DNA of 64,000 nucleotides from an uncultured Candidatus Rokubacteria bacterium (GCA_963771355.1 CAVYTA010000006.1:2240001-2304000); one strand, 5' to 3'; positions 42,351 through 52,559 are shown, counted from the stretch's first letter. Numbers and translations are program-made. The notes: generated by a model from the sequence alone, not told the origin.

Positions 42351-43540
42351 ACGCTTGGGCGAAGGAGGGAGCCCGCGGGGACGAAATCGCCGAGCACGCC
42401 CAGCACCTGGTCGAGCCGCGCGGGACGGCGCGCGAGGGTGTGCGCGGCGAGGTTGGCGAGGAGCCGGTGGGCGATGAGCCCCTGCAGCGCGCGCGTGAGC
42501 CGCGCCTTGCCGCGGAACGCCGCGCGGCGCGCGCGCCCGTACGGCGCGAGCGCGGCGCGCGAGCACTCGCCCCCGCGGAGCGCGTCGTGGGCGACCTCCG
42601 CCAGGAGCTCGGCGCCGCGGAGCGCAGTGTAGAGGCCTTCGCCGGTGAAGGGATCGTAGAAGCCGCCCGCGTCCCCCACCAGGGCCACTCCATCCGCGCG
42701 CGGCTCGGCCACGTGATAGGCGAGCGGGCCCATGGCCATGAGCGGACCCACCGCTCGGAGTCCGGCGAGGCGCGGGGCCAGGTGGCGGAGCTGCTTGAGC
42801 CGCGCCGCGAAGAAGACGTCGAGCCGCCCGCGATAGGGCTGAACATGCGCCAGCGGCACCACCAGGCTCAGGTTCGCGACCCCCACCGCCACCGGATTGA
42901 GGATGGAGTAGTCGGGCGGGTCCACGTAGATCTCGCCCATGTCGTCGAGACCGGCGAGGCCCTCCACGTCCTGAACGAGCGCCATCCGCTGCAGGCGATG
43001 CGGGCGCACGAGCCCCAGCGCGCGTGCCACCACGGACGCGCGGCCGTCCGCGCCCACCACCAGCCGGGCGCCCACCTCGAAGGGCCGGCCGGCGGCGTCC
43101 TCCGCCTGGACTCCCGCGACCCGGCCCCCGTCCATCCGCAACCCGGTGACGCGGTGGCGCTCGCGCGCGTCCGCGGTGAGCCCCCGCGCACGCTCGAGGA
43201 GGATGCGGTCGAGGATCTCGCGGGGCACCGCGAGGGCGTGGTCCCGATAGCCGCGCCAGGGGCCCGCGGTGGGATAGCGGCCCTCCAGCCGGGTGCCGTC
43301 GGGCGCCACGATGCGCATGCCCCGCAGCGGCCGCGCACCCGCCGCGTCCACCTCCTTGAGGGCGCCCAGGCGGTCGAGGATGCGCGCCGCTTCCGGGGAG
43401 AGATACTCGCCGCAGATCTTCGGCCGGGGAAAGGCCGCCTTGTCGAGGAGCAACACCGACCAGCCCCGCTCGGCGAGGAGGATGGCGGTGGCGCTGCCGG
43501 CGGGGCCCGCGCCCACCACGATCACGTCATAGGTGCTCAT
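42347..43540 (-). CDS. FAD-dependent oxidoreductase/monooxygenase (geranylgeranyl reductase-like)
   Basis: VVGAGPAG, FPRPKICGE, VVGADGRAS, LVGDAGGFYDPFTGEG. Confidence 0.9.
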   Translation of the reverse strand: MSTYDVIVVGAGPAGSATAILLAERGWSVLLLDKAAFPRPKICGEYLSPEAARILDRLGALKEVDAAGARPLRGMRIVAPDGTRLEGRYPTAGPWRGYRDHALAVPREILDRILLERARGLTADARERHRVTGLRMDGGRVAGVQAEDAAGRPFEVGARLVVGADGRASVVARALGLVRPHRLQRMALVQDVEGLAGLDDMGEIYVDPPDYSILNPVAVGVANLSLVVPLAHVQPYRGRLDVFFAARLKQLRHLAPRLAGLRAVGPLMAMGPLAYHVAEPRADGVALVGDAGGFYDPFTGEGLYTALRGAELLAEVAHDALRGGECSRAALAPYGRARRAAFRGKARLTRALQGLIAHRLLANLAAHTLARRPARLDQVLGVLGDFVPAGSLLRPSV

Positions 43541-44265
43541 CGCGCGAGCCCGCGGCCGCCGACCAGACAGTAGCGCAGCAAGGGCGCGTAGCGGCGAATC
43601 ACCACGTGACGAAGTCCCGCGCGCGCGCAGAGCCCGCGCACCTCGTCGGGGGTGTACGCGCGCTTCACGGACAGCGGCCCGTCGTGACGCGACAGCCGGC
43701 CGCAGGCCAGCACGCGCGTGGCGAGCCACACCAGGATCAGGGCGGTGCGGCTCCGCGCGAGATCGTTCACCACCAGGCCCGCACGCGCCACCGCGTCCAT
43801 GGCGGCGAGGTACGCCGCCGCGGCGGCGGGCTCGAGGTGATGCAGGGTGAGCGCGGAGATGGCAAGGTCCACCGACTCGGGGCGGAAGGGGAGCGCGAGC
43901 GCGTCGGCGCGCACGAACGTGATCTCCCCGTAGCCGTCGGTGGCCTGGCGCGCCACCGCCAGCGTGGCCGCGTCCAGGTCGAGCGCGATGACCCGGAGAG
44001 ATCGCCCCGCGCGGCGGGCCCAGCGCACCAGCGCCCGCGGGATGTCGGCGCTGCCGGTGCCGACGTCGAGCACGGTGACGGGCCGGTCCGGCGGGTAGCG
44101 GGCGAGGAGACGCCGCACATGGCGGAGGGTGACGAGGCGCCCGCCGAAGACGCCGTTGAGCCGCGCCACGTCGCCGAGGCTCCGCACGAGATCGCGGAAC
44201 GGCACCGGTCCGTCGAGAAGCTCGCGGACTCCAGCCGCCCGCGGCAACGGTGCGAAGAGGGGCAT
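43537..44265 (-). CDS. SAM-dependent methyltransferase
   Basis: ELLD, VLDVGTGSAD, LTLHH, VNDL.R, HDGPLSVKRAY. Confidence 0.92.
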   Translation of the reverse strand: MPLFAPLPRAAGVRELLDGPVPFRDLVRSLGDVARLNGVFGGRLVTLRHVRRLLARYPPDRPVTVLDVGTGSADIPRALVRWARRAGRSLRVIALDLDAATLAVARQATDGYGEITFVRADALALPFRPESVDLAISALTLHHLEPAAAAAYLAAMDAVARAGLVVNDLARSRTALILVWLATRVLACGRLSRHDGPLSVKRAYTPDEVRGLCARAGLRHVVIRRYAPLLRYCLVGGRGLAR

Positions 44266-44266
44266 G

Positions 44267-45304
44267 CTACCAGCGCAGCAACGCGCCCTCGGCGGCGAAG
44301 CCGGGGCCGAGCGCGATCATGAGCCCCCAGTCACCGGGCCGCGGGGCGCCGGCGCGCAGCGCCTCCTCCAGCACGAAGACCACGGTGGCGGAGGACATGT
44401 TGCCGAAGGCACGGAGCACGTGGCGAGAGTGGGCGAGCTGGTCGTCGGTGAGGTCGAGAAGCTTCTTCGCGTGCTCGATCACGCGGCGGCCGGCGGAGTG
44501 CAGCACGAAGTGGCGCACGTCGTCCTTCTTGAGTCCCTGGCTCTCCATCAGGAGATCGGCCATCTCCTTCATCATGCCGGCGCCGATGCGCCGCACTTCC
44601 TTGGAGAGCACCACGCGGGGCCGCCCGCCCGGGTACTCGAAGCCCATGGCGGGAAGGTGCTCGGGGCGGAACAGCGTGCGGTGCTCCACCACCGCGGGGC
44701 CGTGGGCGTCGTTGGACAGCGCGATGGCGCCCGCGCCGTCGGCGAAGATCGCGTGCGCCACCGCGCTCTCGAGCCGGTCGTCGAGATAGTAGGCGGCGGA
44801 GCAGAGCTCGACCGCCACCATCACCGCGCGATGGCGCGGGAACGCGCGGAGGTGGTTCCAGGCCTGCTGGAGGGCGACCACCGCGGACGCGCAGCCGGTA
44901 TCCCCCACGTGGACCCGCTGGACCTGGGGCCGCAGCCCCAGCGCACGGATGAGGTGGGCGTCGAGGCTCGGGCACAGGCGACCCGTGCAGGTGGTGGTCG
45001 CGAGGAAATCCACGTCCTCGGGCCGCCAGCCCGCGCGCTGCACGGCCAGGCGAACCGCCTCGGTGGCCAGCTCGACGGCGCCGCGCTGGAAGCGGTCGTT
45101 GAGCTCGTCGACCGTCTCGTGCGGCGTCTGGCCCGCCTTGAAGGTCTCCGGGTCGAAGTAGAGGTAGCGGCCCTCGATCTGGCTGTTGGCGAAGAAGCCC
45201 GCCCGCTGGGCGTCGCCGTAGCCGGCCATGCCGAGGACGGTGCGCTGGTCGAAGCGGTGGCGGGGGGTGGCGGTCGCGACGCCCGCGATCTTGGGCGTGG
45301 TCAT
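44267..45304 (-). CDS. Type III polyketide synthase
   Basis: TTCTG..CPSLD, catalytic Cys (TGCAS), VELCS, FADGAGA, His (LHSAG), Asn (FGNMSSA), GPGF..E. Confidence 0.92.
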   Translation of the reverse strand: MTTPKIAGVATATPRHRFDQRTVLGMAGYGDAQRAGFFANSQIEGRYLYFDPETFKAGQTPHETVDELNDRFQRGAVELATEAVRLAVQRAGWRPEDVDFLATTTCTGRLCPSLDAHLIRALGLRPQVQRVHVGDTGCASAVVALQQAWNHLRAFPRHRAVMVAVELCSAAYYLDDRLESAVAHAIFADGAGAIALSNDAHGPAVVEHRTLFRPEHLPAMGFEYPGGRPRVVLSKEVRRIGAGMMKEMADLLMESQGLKKDDVRHFVLHSAGRRVIEHAKKLLDLTDDQLAHSRHVLRAFGNMSSATVVFVLEEALRAGAPRPGDWGLMIALGPGFAAEGALLRW

Positions 45305-45375
45305 GGGCGCAGGGTACGCCCCGGCTATTGTCATGTCCAGGAGCCGGGTGCTAGCGTGACCGAAAGGAGTTCCCC

Positions 45376-45900
45376 ATGCCCCTCTTCGCCTTCGAAGGAA
45401 AGACGCCGAAGATCCATCCCACCGCCTTCATCGCGCCCACCGCCAGCATCATCGGCGACGTGACGGTGGAGGAGAATGCGTCCATCTGGTACAACACCGT
45501 GCTCCGCGCCGACTTCTCCCCCATCGTGATCCGGCGCGGGGCGAACGTGCAGGACGGCTCCGTGATCCACGTGACGCCGGCCGGCGGCACCGAGGTGGGC
45601 CCCGGCGCCACCATCGGGCACCTGTGCATGGTGCACGCGGCCACCATCGGCGAGGAGGCGCTGGTGGGCAATGCCTCCACCGTGCTCGACGGGGCGCGCA
45701 TCGGCGCGCGGTCCATGATCGCGGCCGGCTCCCTGGTCACCCCGGGCACGGACATTCCCGAGGGCGTGCTCGCCCTGGGCGCGCCCTGCAAGGTGCGCGG
45801 GCCGATCGCCGGCACCCCCGCCGAGCGCTGGGTGCAGATGAATCCCGCCGGCTACCAGGCGCTTGCCCAGCGACATCGGGTGGGCGTGACGCCGGCATGA
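45376..45900 (+). CDS. Gamma carbonic anhydrase family protein
   Basis: IHPTAFIAP..IIGDV, VLRAD, NVQDGSVIH, TIGH...H; hexapeptide repeats. Confidence 0.93.
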   Translation: MPLFAFEGKTPKIHPTAFIAPTASIIGDVTVEENASIWYNTVLRADFSPIVIRRGANVQDGSVIHVTPAGGTEVGPGATIGHLCMVHAATIGEEALVGNASTVLDGARIGARSMIAAGSLVTPGTDIPEGVLALGAPCKVRGPIAGTPAERWVQMNPAGYQALAQRHRVGVTPA

Positions 45901-46580
45901 GCGCGGTGGCCGGCGGGACCGGCGGCCACGTCCTCGTGACCGGCTTCGAGCCCTTCGGCGGCGACACCGCCAATCCCTCCCAGGAGGTGGCGAAGGCCCT
46001 CGACGGCCGGCGTCTCGGCGACACCGTCATCCGCGCCCTCGTATTGCCCGTGCAGCACGAGGACGCGCGCGCAGCGCTGGTGCCCGCACTGGCCGAGGGG
46101 GGGCTGCGCGCCGCCGTGCTGCTTGGACTGGCCGGCGGGCGCATGCGGGTGGCCCTCGAGCGCGCCGCCCTCAACGTGATGGACTATCTCGAGCCCGACA
46201 ATCGCGGCGACGTGGTGCGCGGCGCGCCCTGCGCGCCCGGCGGTCCCGCCGCCTACTGGAGCACGCTGCCGCTGGCCGCCATCCTGGAGGCGCTGGGCGC
46301 CGAGGGCATCCCCGCCTACGTGTCGAACTCCGCCGGGACCTTCCTCTGCAACTACACCCTCTATGCGGCGCTCCACGCCCTCGCGGAGAGCGGGCGGGGG
46401 CTGCCGGCGGGCTTCATCCATCTCCCCTACCTCCCGTCCATGGTGGCCTCGCATGGACGGGACGAGCCGAGCATGGACCTGGCGCTCATGGTCCGCGCGG
46501 CAGAAGTCGCCGCGAAGCTGGCGCTCGCCCATCAGGGGCTGGCGGCGGGCAGGCACAGCGCCACCGCGAAGCCCATGTAA
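45897..46580 (+). CDS. pcp: Pyroglutamyl-peptidase I
   Basis: LVTGFEPFGG..NPS, LER.A.N, SAGTFLCN, GFIHLP. Confidence 0.93.
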   Translation: MSAVAGGTGGHVLVTGFEPFGGDTANPSQEVAKALDGRRLGDTVIRALVLPVQHEDARAALVPALAEGGLRAAVLLGLAGGRMRVALERAALNVMDYLEPDNRGDVVRGAPCAPGGPAAYWSTLPLAAILEALGAEGIPAYVSNSAGTFLCNYTLYAALHALAESGRGLPAGFIHLPYLPSMVASHGRDEPSMDLALMVRAAEVAAKLALAHQGLAAGRHSATAKPM

Positions 46581-47155
46581 TCGATCCACGCCTGCTGGCC
46601 GCGGACGAGATTCCCCAGGTCGAGCCGATGGATCCGCAGGGTCCCCTCGCCGCGGGCGACGCGCTCGTAGACCTCCAGTGCCCGCTGCCGGCTCTGGTCG
46701 GTGTCATCCGGTCGTTGCCAGAGCAGCCGGTCCAGCGCATCCGCCGCCGCGCGGTAGTCCTCCCGCTTCACCACGAAGCTGAAGTCGCGTCGCGCCGGGG
46801 GCGCGTTCACTCCGCCGAGATTCGGCCCCGTATTGTCGGGATTCCGGAAGTGCCAGCCCTCGATGAAGCGCGCGTTGATCCCTCGGTGCGGCGGGGTCAC
46901 CACGGCCGCATAGTCCTCGTCGTCGCGGGGCGCCCGGACCACCTTGATCGTCCAGCCCAGCGAGGGCGCGGGGTCAGGTTCGAGGAGGAAGACGAGGTCG
47001 CCTTCGATCCGCCGCTCGAAGCGCTGCCCTCGCCCGACCTCGCCCGTGAAGTCGGCCGCACGGCACGCCGTCGCCGTCACACCCAGGGTCTGGGCGGCCG
47101 GAGCCGCCGCGACGGCGTGGAGTGCGAGCAGGGCGAGGGCGCCGGCGCGGATCAG
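46532..47155 (-). CDS. Hypothetical secreted protein (start codon uncertain, possibly CTG)
   Basis: C-terminal part of ORF 46532..48697: signal-like LIRAGALALLALHAVAAAPAAQ followed by a globular sequence. Confidence 0.65.
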   Translation of the reverse strand: MIRAGALALLALHAVAAAPAAQTLGVTATACRAADFTGEVGRGQRFERRIEGDLVFLLEPDPAPSLGWTIKVVRAPRDDEDYAAVVTPPHRGINARFIEGWHFRNPDNTGPNLGGVNAPPARRDFSFVVKREDYRAAADALDRLLWQRPDDTDQSRQRALEVYERVARGEGTLRIHRLDLGNLVRGQQAWIDYMGFAVALCLPAASP

Positions 47156-48909
47156 CGCGCGCCCGGCACCGCCTCGAGCGCGGCCAGCGGAACCGGGGTC
47201 CAGTCGGCGAGCGCGTCGAGCCACTCGATCTCGCGCGCGCCGAAGGCGGGTGCGGTGGGGTCGCGGGGAACGAGCCATCGCCGCAGATAGAGCGCCCCCG
47301 TGAAGAGCGTGTGGGCGTCGCCGCGCGCCTCCAGGAGCGCCTGGCCCTCGGAGAGGAGCAGGCTCGCGGCGAGCAGGTGGTAGAGCGTATCGGCCACCGG
47401 CCGCGCTTCCAGCTCGCGCTCCGCCGCGGGGAGGGCCGGCCAGCCCCCCACGCGCCGGCGCACCGCCTCGAACCCGTCGAGCGCCACGTCCACCCAGGGC
47501 TTGGCGGCCGCCTCGCTCACGCGGCGCAGCCGGTCCGCCGCAAAGGCCAGCAGCGGCTCGTGGGCGGCCTCGCGCAGGATCGCGCGCTGCACGTCGAGCG
47601 CCACCACATTGCTCGCGCCTTCCCAGATGGCGCCGAGATAGCTGTCGCGCACCAGCCGCGCGTTCACCCACTCCTCGATGTAGCCGTTGCCGCCGCGCAC
47701 GTTCATGGCCTCGGCGGTGACGAGCCGCGCGTGCTGGGTGATCCAGTATTTCGCCAGCGGCGTGGTGATGCGGAAGAGCGCCCGCGCCTCGGCCACCCCC
47801 CCGTCCCACCGGTCCAGCGTGCTCGCTCCGTGCAGCACCACCGAGGCGGCGGCTTCCGTGTCCACCACCATCTGCACGAGCTGCGCGCGAAGCAGCGGCA
47901 GCTCGGCGAGCGGCCGCCCGAAGGCCACGCGGGCGCGCGCGTGCGTGAGCGCCTCGTGCAAGGCGCGGCGCATGAGGGCGGCGGAGCGCATGGCGTTGGA
48001 CAGCCGGGAGACATTGACCATCTCCATCATCTGCTTGAAGCCGCGGGCGAGATCGCCGACCGGATAGGCCACCGCGCCGGCGTAGGTCACTTCGGCGCTG
48101 GCCATGGACCGCGAGCCGAACTTGTCCTTCAAACGATTGATCGTCAGCGCGTTGCGGGTCCCGTCGGGCAGCACCTTGGGGACGAGGAACATGGCCAGCC
48201 CCGCCGTGCCCGGCGGCGCGCCCTCGGGGCGCGCGAGCGTGAAGGCGATGTCGGCATTGGCGTTGGAGCAGAACCACTTGTCGCCCCAGAGCCGCCAGGC
48301 GCCGTCGGCATCCCGGCGCGCGACCGTGGTGGCCGCGCCCACGTCGGAGCCGCCGGTCTTCTCCGTCATCCACTGCGTGCCCTGGCAGAGCGCGTCCATG
48401 TCCGTGGCGGTGAGTCTCTCCAGATAGCGCGCCCGGAGATCCGCGCTGCCGTAGTGCCGGAGCATGCGCGCCCCGGAGTCCGTCATGTTGACGGGGCAGA
48501 GAAGCCCGAACTCGGACTGGGCAAAGAGATAGGACAGCGCGTACTTCACCACGTGGGGCACCGGGCCCGGCCAGCCCAGCACGCCCGGCCGGTGGGACAT
48601 GGCGGCCAGCCCGAAGCGACCGAAGGCCAGCGCCTCCATCCGCCGGTACGACGGATGGAAGAGCACCTCGTCCACGCGCTCGCCGCGCTCGTCCCACTGC
48701 CGCAGGACGGGCGGGTTCTTGTCCGCCTCGTGCGCGAGGGCGTCCAGCTCCCCGCCCGCGACCTCCCCCATGGCGACCAGGTGCGGGCGCGCGCGGGCGA
48801 AGGTCTCCCGGTCCATCACCGCCGCGCAGAGCCGCTCGAGGTTGCCGTCGGCGAGGTAGAAGTTGGTGCCCCGCGTGCTCGGCATGGCGTTCTGCGCCGG
48901 CGTCGTCAT
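47152..48909 (-). CDS. Acyl-CoA dehydrogenase family protein (AidB-like)
   Basis: CPVNMT, QWMTEKTGGSDV, KWFCS, RLKDKFGSRS..S.E, GGNGYIEE, IWEG. Confidence 0.92.
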   Translation of the reverse strand: MTTPAQNAMPSTRGTNFYLADGNLERLCAAVMDRETFARARPHLVAMGEVAGGELDALAHEADKNPPVLRQWDERGERVDEVLFHPSYRRMEALAFGRFGLAAMSHRPGVLGWPGPVPHVVKYALSYLFAQSEFGLLCPVNMTDSGARMLRHYGSADLRARYLERLTATDMDALCQGTQWMTEKTGGSDVGAATTVARRDADGAWRLWGDKWFCSNANADIAFTLARPEGAPPGTAGLAMFLVPKVLPDGTRNALTINRLKDKFGSRSMASAEVTYAGAVAYPVGDLARGFKQMMEMVNVSRLSNAMRSAALMRRALHEALTHARARVAFGRPLAELPLLRAQLVQMVVDTEAAASVVLHGASTLDRWDGGVAEARALFRITTPLAKYWITQHARLVTAEAMNVRGGNGYIEEWVNARLVRDSYLGAIWEGASNVVALDVQRAILREAAHEPLLAFAADRLRRVSEAAAKPWVDVALDGFEAVRRRVGGWPALPAAERELEARPVADTLYHLLAASLLLSEGQALLEARGDAHTLFTGALYLRRWLVPRDPTAPAFGAREIEWLDALADWTPVPLAALEAVPGAR

Positions 48910-48913
48910 CGCC

Positions 48914-49708
48914 TCACCGCCCGGTGAAGTTGGGCTTCCGCTTGTCCATGAAGGCCTGGACACCTTCCTTGTGGTCCGACGTCTCGCGCACCACCGCCAT
49001 GTGCGAGGACACGAGGTCGAGATGGGTGCGGAGATCGAGCCGCATGGACTGGTACACCAGCCGCTTGATCATTCTGATCGGCACCTGCGGCCCGCTCGCG
49101 ATCTGGGCGGCCAGCGCATAGGTGGCGTCGCGCAGCTCGGCGGCGGGGACCACGCGGTTGACGACGCCGAGGCGAAGCGCTTCCGGCGCCTCGATGAAGT
49201 CCGCCGTCCACAGGAGCTCCAGCGCCTTCGCGGTGCCGGTGAGGCGCGGGAGGAAATAGGTGTCGCCGTCGCCGGGCACCAGGCCCACGCGCACGTAGCC
49301 GGTGGAGAAGCGCGCGGTGTCCGCGGCCACCCGCATGTCGCACATCACGCACATCCCCATGCCGGCGCCCACCGCCACGCCGTTCACCATGGCGATGACC
49401 GGCTTGTCCATGGCCTCCAGCGCCTTGGGCACCCGGTGGATGTTCTCCCACAGCCCGTTCTTGTGGTCGAGCGGGCTCGGTCGCCCCTCGCCCATGCGTG
49501 CCACGTCCCCGCCCGCGCAGAACGCCTTGCCGGCGCCGGTGACGATGACCACGTTCACCTCGGGATCGCGCTGCGCCTCCTGCAGCGAGCCGGCCCAGGC
49601 GTCGATCATGGGCCCCGTGAAGGCGTTCATCTTGTCGGGGCGGTTCAGCGTGAGCGTCGCGATCTTGTCCTTCACCTCGTACAGGAGCTCGTCGGTCTTC
49701 GTCGACAT
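48914..49708 (-). CDS. Enoyl-CoA hydratase/isomerase family protein
   Basis: TLNRPDKMNA, AFCAGGD, KPVIAMVNG.AVG.G. Confidence 0.93.
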   Translation of the reverse strand: MSTKTDELLYEVKDKIATLTLNRPDKMNAFTGPMIDAWAGSLQEAQRDPEVNVVIVTGAGKAFCAGGDVARMGEGRPSPLDHKNGLWENIHRVPKALEAMDKPVIAMVNGVAVGAGMGMCVMCDMRVAADTARFSTGYVRVGLVPGDGDTYFLPRLTGTAKALELLWTADFIEAPEALRLGVVNRVVPAAELRDATYALAAQIASGPQVPIRMIKRLVYQSMRLDLRTHLDLVSSHMAVVRETSDHKEGVQAFMDKRKPNFTGR

Positions 49709-49825
49709 GGGGTAGATCCTCCGGGCGGCTAGTATACGTTCGCCCGGAGGGCGACACCATCGTCATCGCCGGGATCCTGGCCCCCTTGACAACCGTCAGA
49801 CGCGGGACCCATACTCGCGCCGGCC

Positions 49826-51211
49826 ATGGCGGAGTACGGGAGTTCCATCCGTCCCGATTGGGTCCCGGTGACCATCCGGGTCGTGTTGCCCGCAGGCATC
49901 TCCAGAGCTGAAGCGTTCGACGCAGCCGAACACCAGATCCTCACGCTCAAGATCAGGATCAAGTTCGATCGCGGCTACCCCCCGTGGCGATTCGCCCGCC
50001 GCGGGCCGAGCTGGAAACGTTCCGCAAGAGCGAACGGCAGCTCTTCGTGGTCCGGGCCTGGGTTGATCCGCAAGACATCGCGCAGCTGAAGGACCAGCCG
50101 TGGGTCCACCACGTCGCTCGCGACTCCCGGCTGGAGCCGTTCGGACGGCCGGAGCCGACGATGGCCCATCAGACCGCCGCTCTGCAGGGTGCGCTTGCCC
50201 GTGTCGACTGCGGCGCGACCGTCAAGGCCGACGGTACGGCGGCGGACGTGGCGAGGGACCTCGGCGTCGACGCGGATCTGGGCCGCTGGGCACACTGGAC
50301 GTGGGATTGTCGTCGGCGTGGTGGACGGCGGCATCACCGCTCATGGGCGACCCACCCAGTTCGGTGCCTGGCCCGCCATTCCTCAACCGCCCGCGGGGGG
50401 CGAGGTGATCGGCGGTTGGCCTCCGCTGAACTGGGGCACGACGGCGGAGGGTTGGGGCCAGCACGGGAACATGATCGCCTTCGACGTCCAGGCGATGGCC
50501 CCGGATGCGGAGCTGTGGGACATCCGCATCTGGCAGCCCGAGGCGGAGTTCGAGACGTACGTGAGCAATGCGGAGCAGGGCTATCAGCTGGTGATCGATC
50601 ACTACAAGGTGCACGGGGTCCCGCAGATCCTCGTGAACAGCTGGGGGGTCTACGACAGCGATAACGGCCCCGATTACGCCTTCAACCCCACCAGCAATAT
50701 TGCGCTCCTGATCGAGGAGGCGCTCGACGAGGGCATCCTGATCCTGTTCGCCGCCGGCAATTGCGGCGACGGGTGCCCGTACGCCTCGGGAAGTCTCTGC
50801 GGCTACGGCAATCGCGGGCCCGGTGCGAGCATCCTCGGCCCGAACGGCCACCCGGAAGTGATGAGCGTCGGCGCCGCGACGCTCAGGGGCGAGTGGTGCG
50901 GCTACACGAGCCAGGGCCCGGCCGTCCTGCCGCCGCAGGACCCCGACAAGCCGGACTTCTGCTCGATCTCGCAGTTCGAGGGGTTCTTCCCGAACGAGTC
51001 CGGCCTGCGGCCCTTCGACGGCGGCACGTCGGCCGCCACCGGCATCGCCGCCGGCGTGGTCGCGCTGCTGAAGCAGGCACGGCCCGGCCTCACCCAGGAG
51101 GACTGCAAGCGCCTGCTGAAGGAGACCGCCCGGCCGATCAGGACCCCGGCCGCCCAGGACGGTGCCGGCGCCGGCATCATCGACGCGCTCCGCGCGTTCC
51201 GGTCGCTATGA
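49826..51211 (+). CDS. S8 (subtilisin-like) serine peptidase with propeptide; two 1-nt frameshifts as assembled
   Basis: Joins ORFs 49826, 49984 and 50189 (missing base in C-run 49978-49983, extra base near 50274); triad motifs VVDGG, HGNMIA, GTSAAT and oxyanion AAGN; promoter TTGACA-N18-CATACT at 49786-49815. Confidence 0.8.
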
Positions 51212-52326
51212 CGCCCGCGCGGCTCCTCGTCATGGGCGCGGGCAGCGCCGGAGCGGAGAATCTCATCCGCAGCCTGCGCGGAGCCGACCCGTCGCTCGTC
51301 CTTTTCGGCTGCAACGACGACCGCTTCGTCGTCAGGCGCTCGGCGGCGGACGCTCGCCATGTGGTGCCTCCGCCGGGAACCCCGCGCTTCGTCCCCGCCC
51401 TCCGCCGGCTGATTCGCGAGTCGCGCATCGACCTGGTCATCCCCACGATCGACCGGGACGTGCAGGCGCTGTCCGACGCTCGCGCGGAATTCCGCGGCAA
51501 GATCTTTCTGCCCGCGGCACGGGTCATCGCGCTCTGCCGCGACAAGTACCGGCTCACCACCGCGCTCCTCCGGCAGGGCGTCCGGGCGCCGGCGACGTAC
51601 CCGGTGCGCGAGCCCGATGGCGTGGACGAGATCTTCGCCCGGCTCGGCCGTCCGAGTCGGGTCTGGTGCCGGCCGCGGACGGGGACGTGCGCACGCGGCG
51701 GGGGCGCCGTGTCGACGCCGGACCAGGCGCGCCGGTGGATGGCGGTGTGGGAGACGATGCAGGGCGTCCCGATGTCGGCCTTCACCCTCGCCGAGTACCT
51801 GCCCGGGCGCGAGATCCTCTGTCAAAGCGTGTGGCAGCGCGGCCGGATGGTCCTCGCCAACACGTTCGAGCGGCTGGCGTACTTCGGCGCCGACAATATC
51901 CCGAGCGGCGTCACCTCCCTGTCGTCCCTGGCCAAGACCGTGGTCGAGCCCGACGTGGTGGAGATCTCCCGGGCGGCGATCGAGGCGGTCGCGCCGGGCG
52001 CCTCCGGGGCCTTCAGCGTGGACGTCAAGGAGGATGCCGATGGGCGTCCGCACGTCACCGAGATCAACGCCGGGCGATTCTTCATGGCGATGACGGCCTT
52101 CGACCGCGTCCTCAAGCACAACATCGCGCTCACCTACGTGCGCCTGGCGCGGAAGGAGCGGGTCGACCTCGGCGAGGTGTACGACGCGGTCGCCGACTAC
52201 TACATGGTGCGCGACATGGATACCGAGCCGGGCGTGTTCCACGCCGACGACTTCTTCGACGGGGTGCACGACGCAAGCGACGCTGCGCAGCTCACCGTTC
52301 GACCGCTGGGAACGGCAAGGAGTTAG
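51208..52326 (+). CDS. ATP-grasp domain protein (carbamoyl-phosphate synthase/PylC-like architecture)
   Basis: ATGA overlap with S8; LLVMGAGS, IDLVIPTID, CRDKY, EYLPGRE, SVD..., VTEINAGRF. Confidence 0.85.
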   Translation: MTPARLLVMGAGSAGAENLIRSLRGADPSLVLFGCNDDRFVVRRSAADARHVVPPPGTPRFVPALRRLIRESRIDLVIPTIDRDVQALSDARAEFRGKIFLPAARVIALCRDKYRLTTALLRQGVRAPATYPVREPDGVDEIFARLGRPSRVWCRPRTGTCARGGGAVSTPDQARRWMAVWETMQGVPMSAFTLAEYLPGREILCQSVWQRGRMVLANTFERLAYFGADNIPSGVTSLSSLAKTVVEPDVVEISRAAIEAVAPGASGAFSVDVKEDADGRPHVTEINAGRFFMAMTAFDRVLKHNIALTYVRLARKERVDLGEVYDAVADYYMVRDMDTEPGVFHADDFFDGVHDASDAAQLTVRPLGTARS

Positions 52327-52329
52327 ACC

Positions 52330-52551
52330 ATGGGCATGGATCCGCTGTCCCCGAACGACGACTTCGAGCTGGCGATAACCCTCGAGGGACCCGTGAAGAA
52401 GAAAGCGTTTCGCGACTTCAGGAAGGCGTTGCACGATTTCATCGACGCCTGCGAGAAGATCGAAAGCGGCTTCGAGGATAACGCAAATCCGCCCAACAAG
52501 CTGAAGCTGAAGGTGCGCGAGATCCGCGGCGGCTTGCGCAGAAAGGCCTAG
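52330..52551 (+). CDS. 73-aa hypothetical microprotein
   Basis: AAGGAG RBS; starts 3 nt after the ATP-grasp stop. Confidence 0.75.
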   Translation: MGMDPLSPNDDFELAITLEGPVKKKAFRDFRKALHDFIDACEKIESGFEDNANPPNKLKLKVREIRGGLRRKA

Positions 52552-52559
52552 CGCTCGAG

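Noticed and set aside
49978..49983. Programmed ribosomal frameshift in the S8 gene
   Set aside because: No canonical slippery heptamer, a second opposite shift would also be needed, and similar indels occur in another gene.
51208..52551. Classical graspetide (microviridin-type) cluster
   Set aside because: ATP-grasp is not recognisably RimK/MvdD-like and the small ORFs lack known core repeats or a PFFARFL-type leader.
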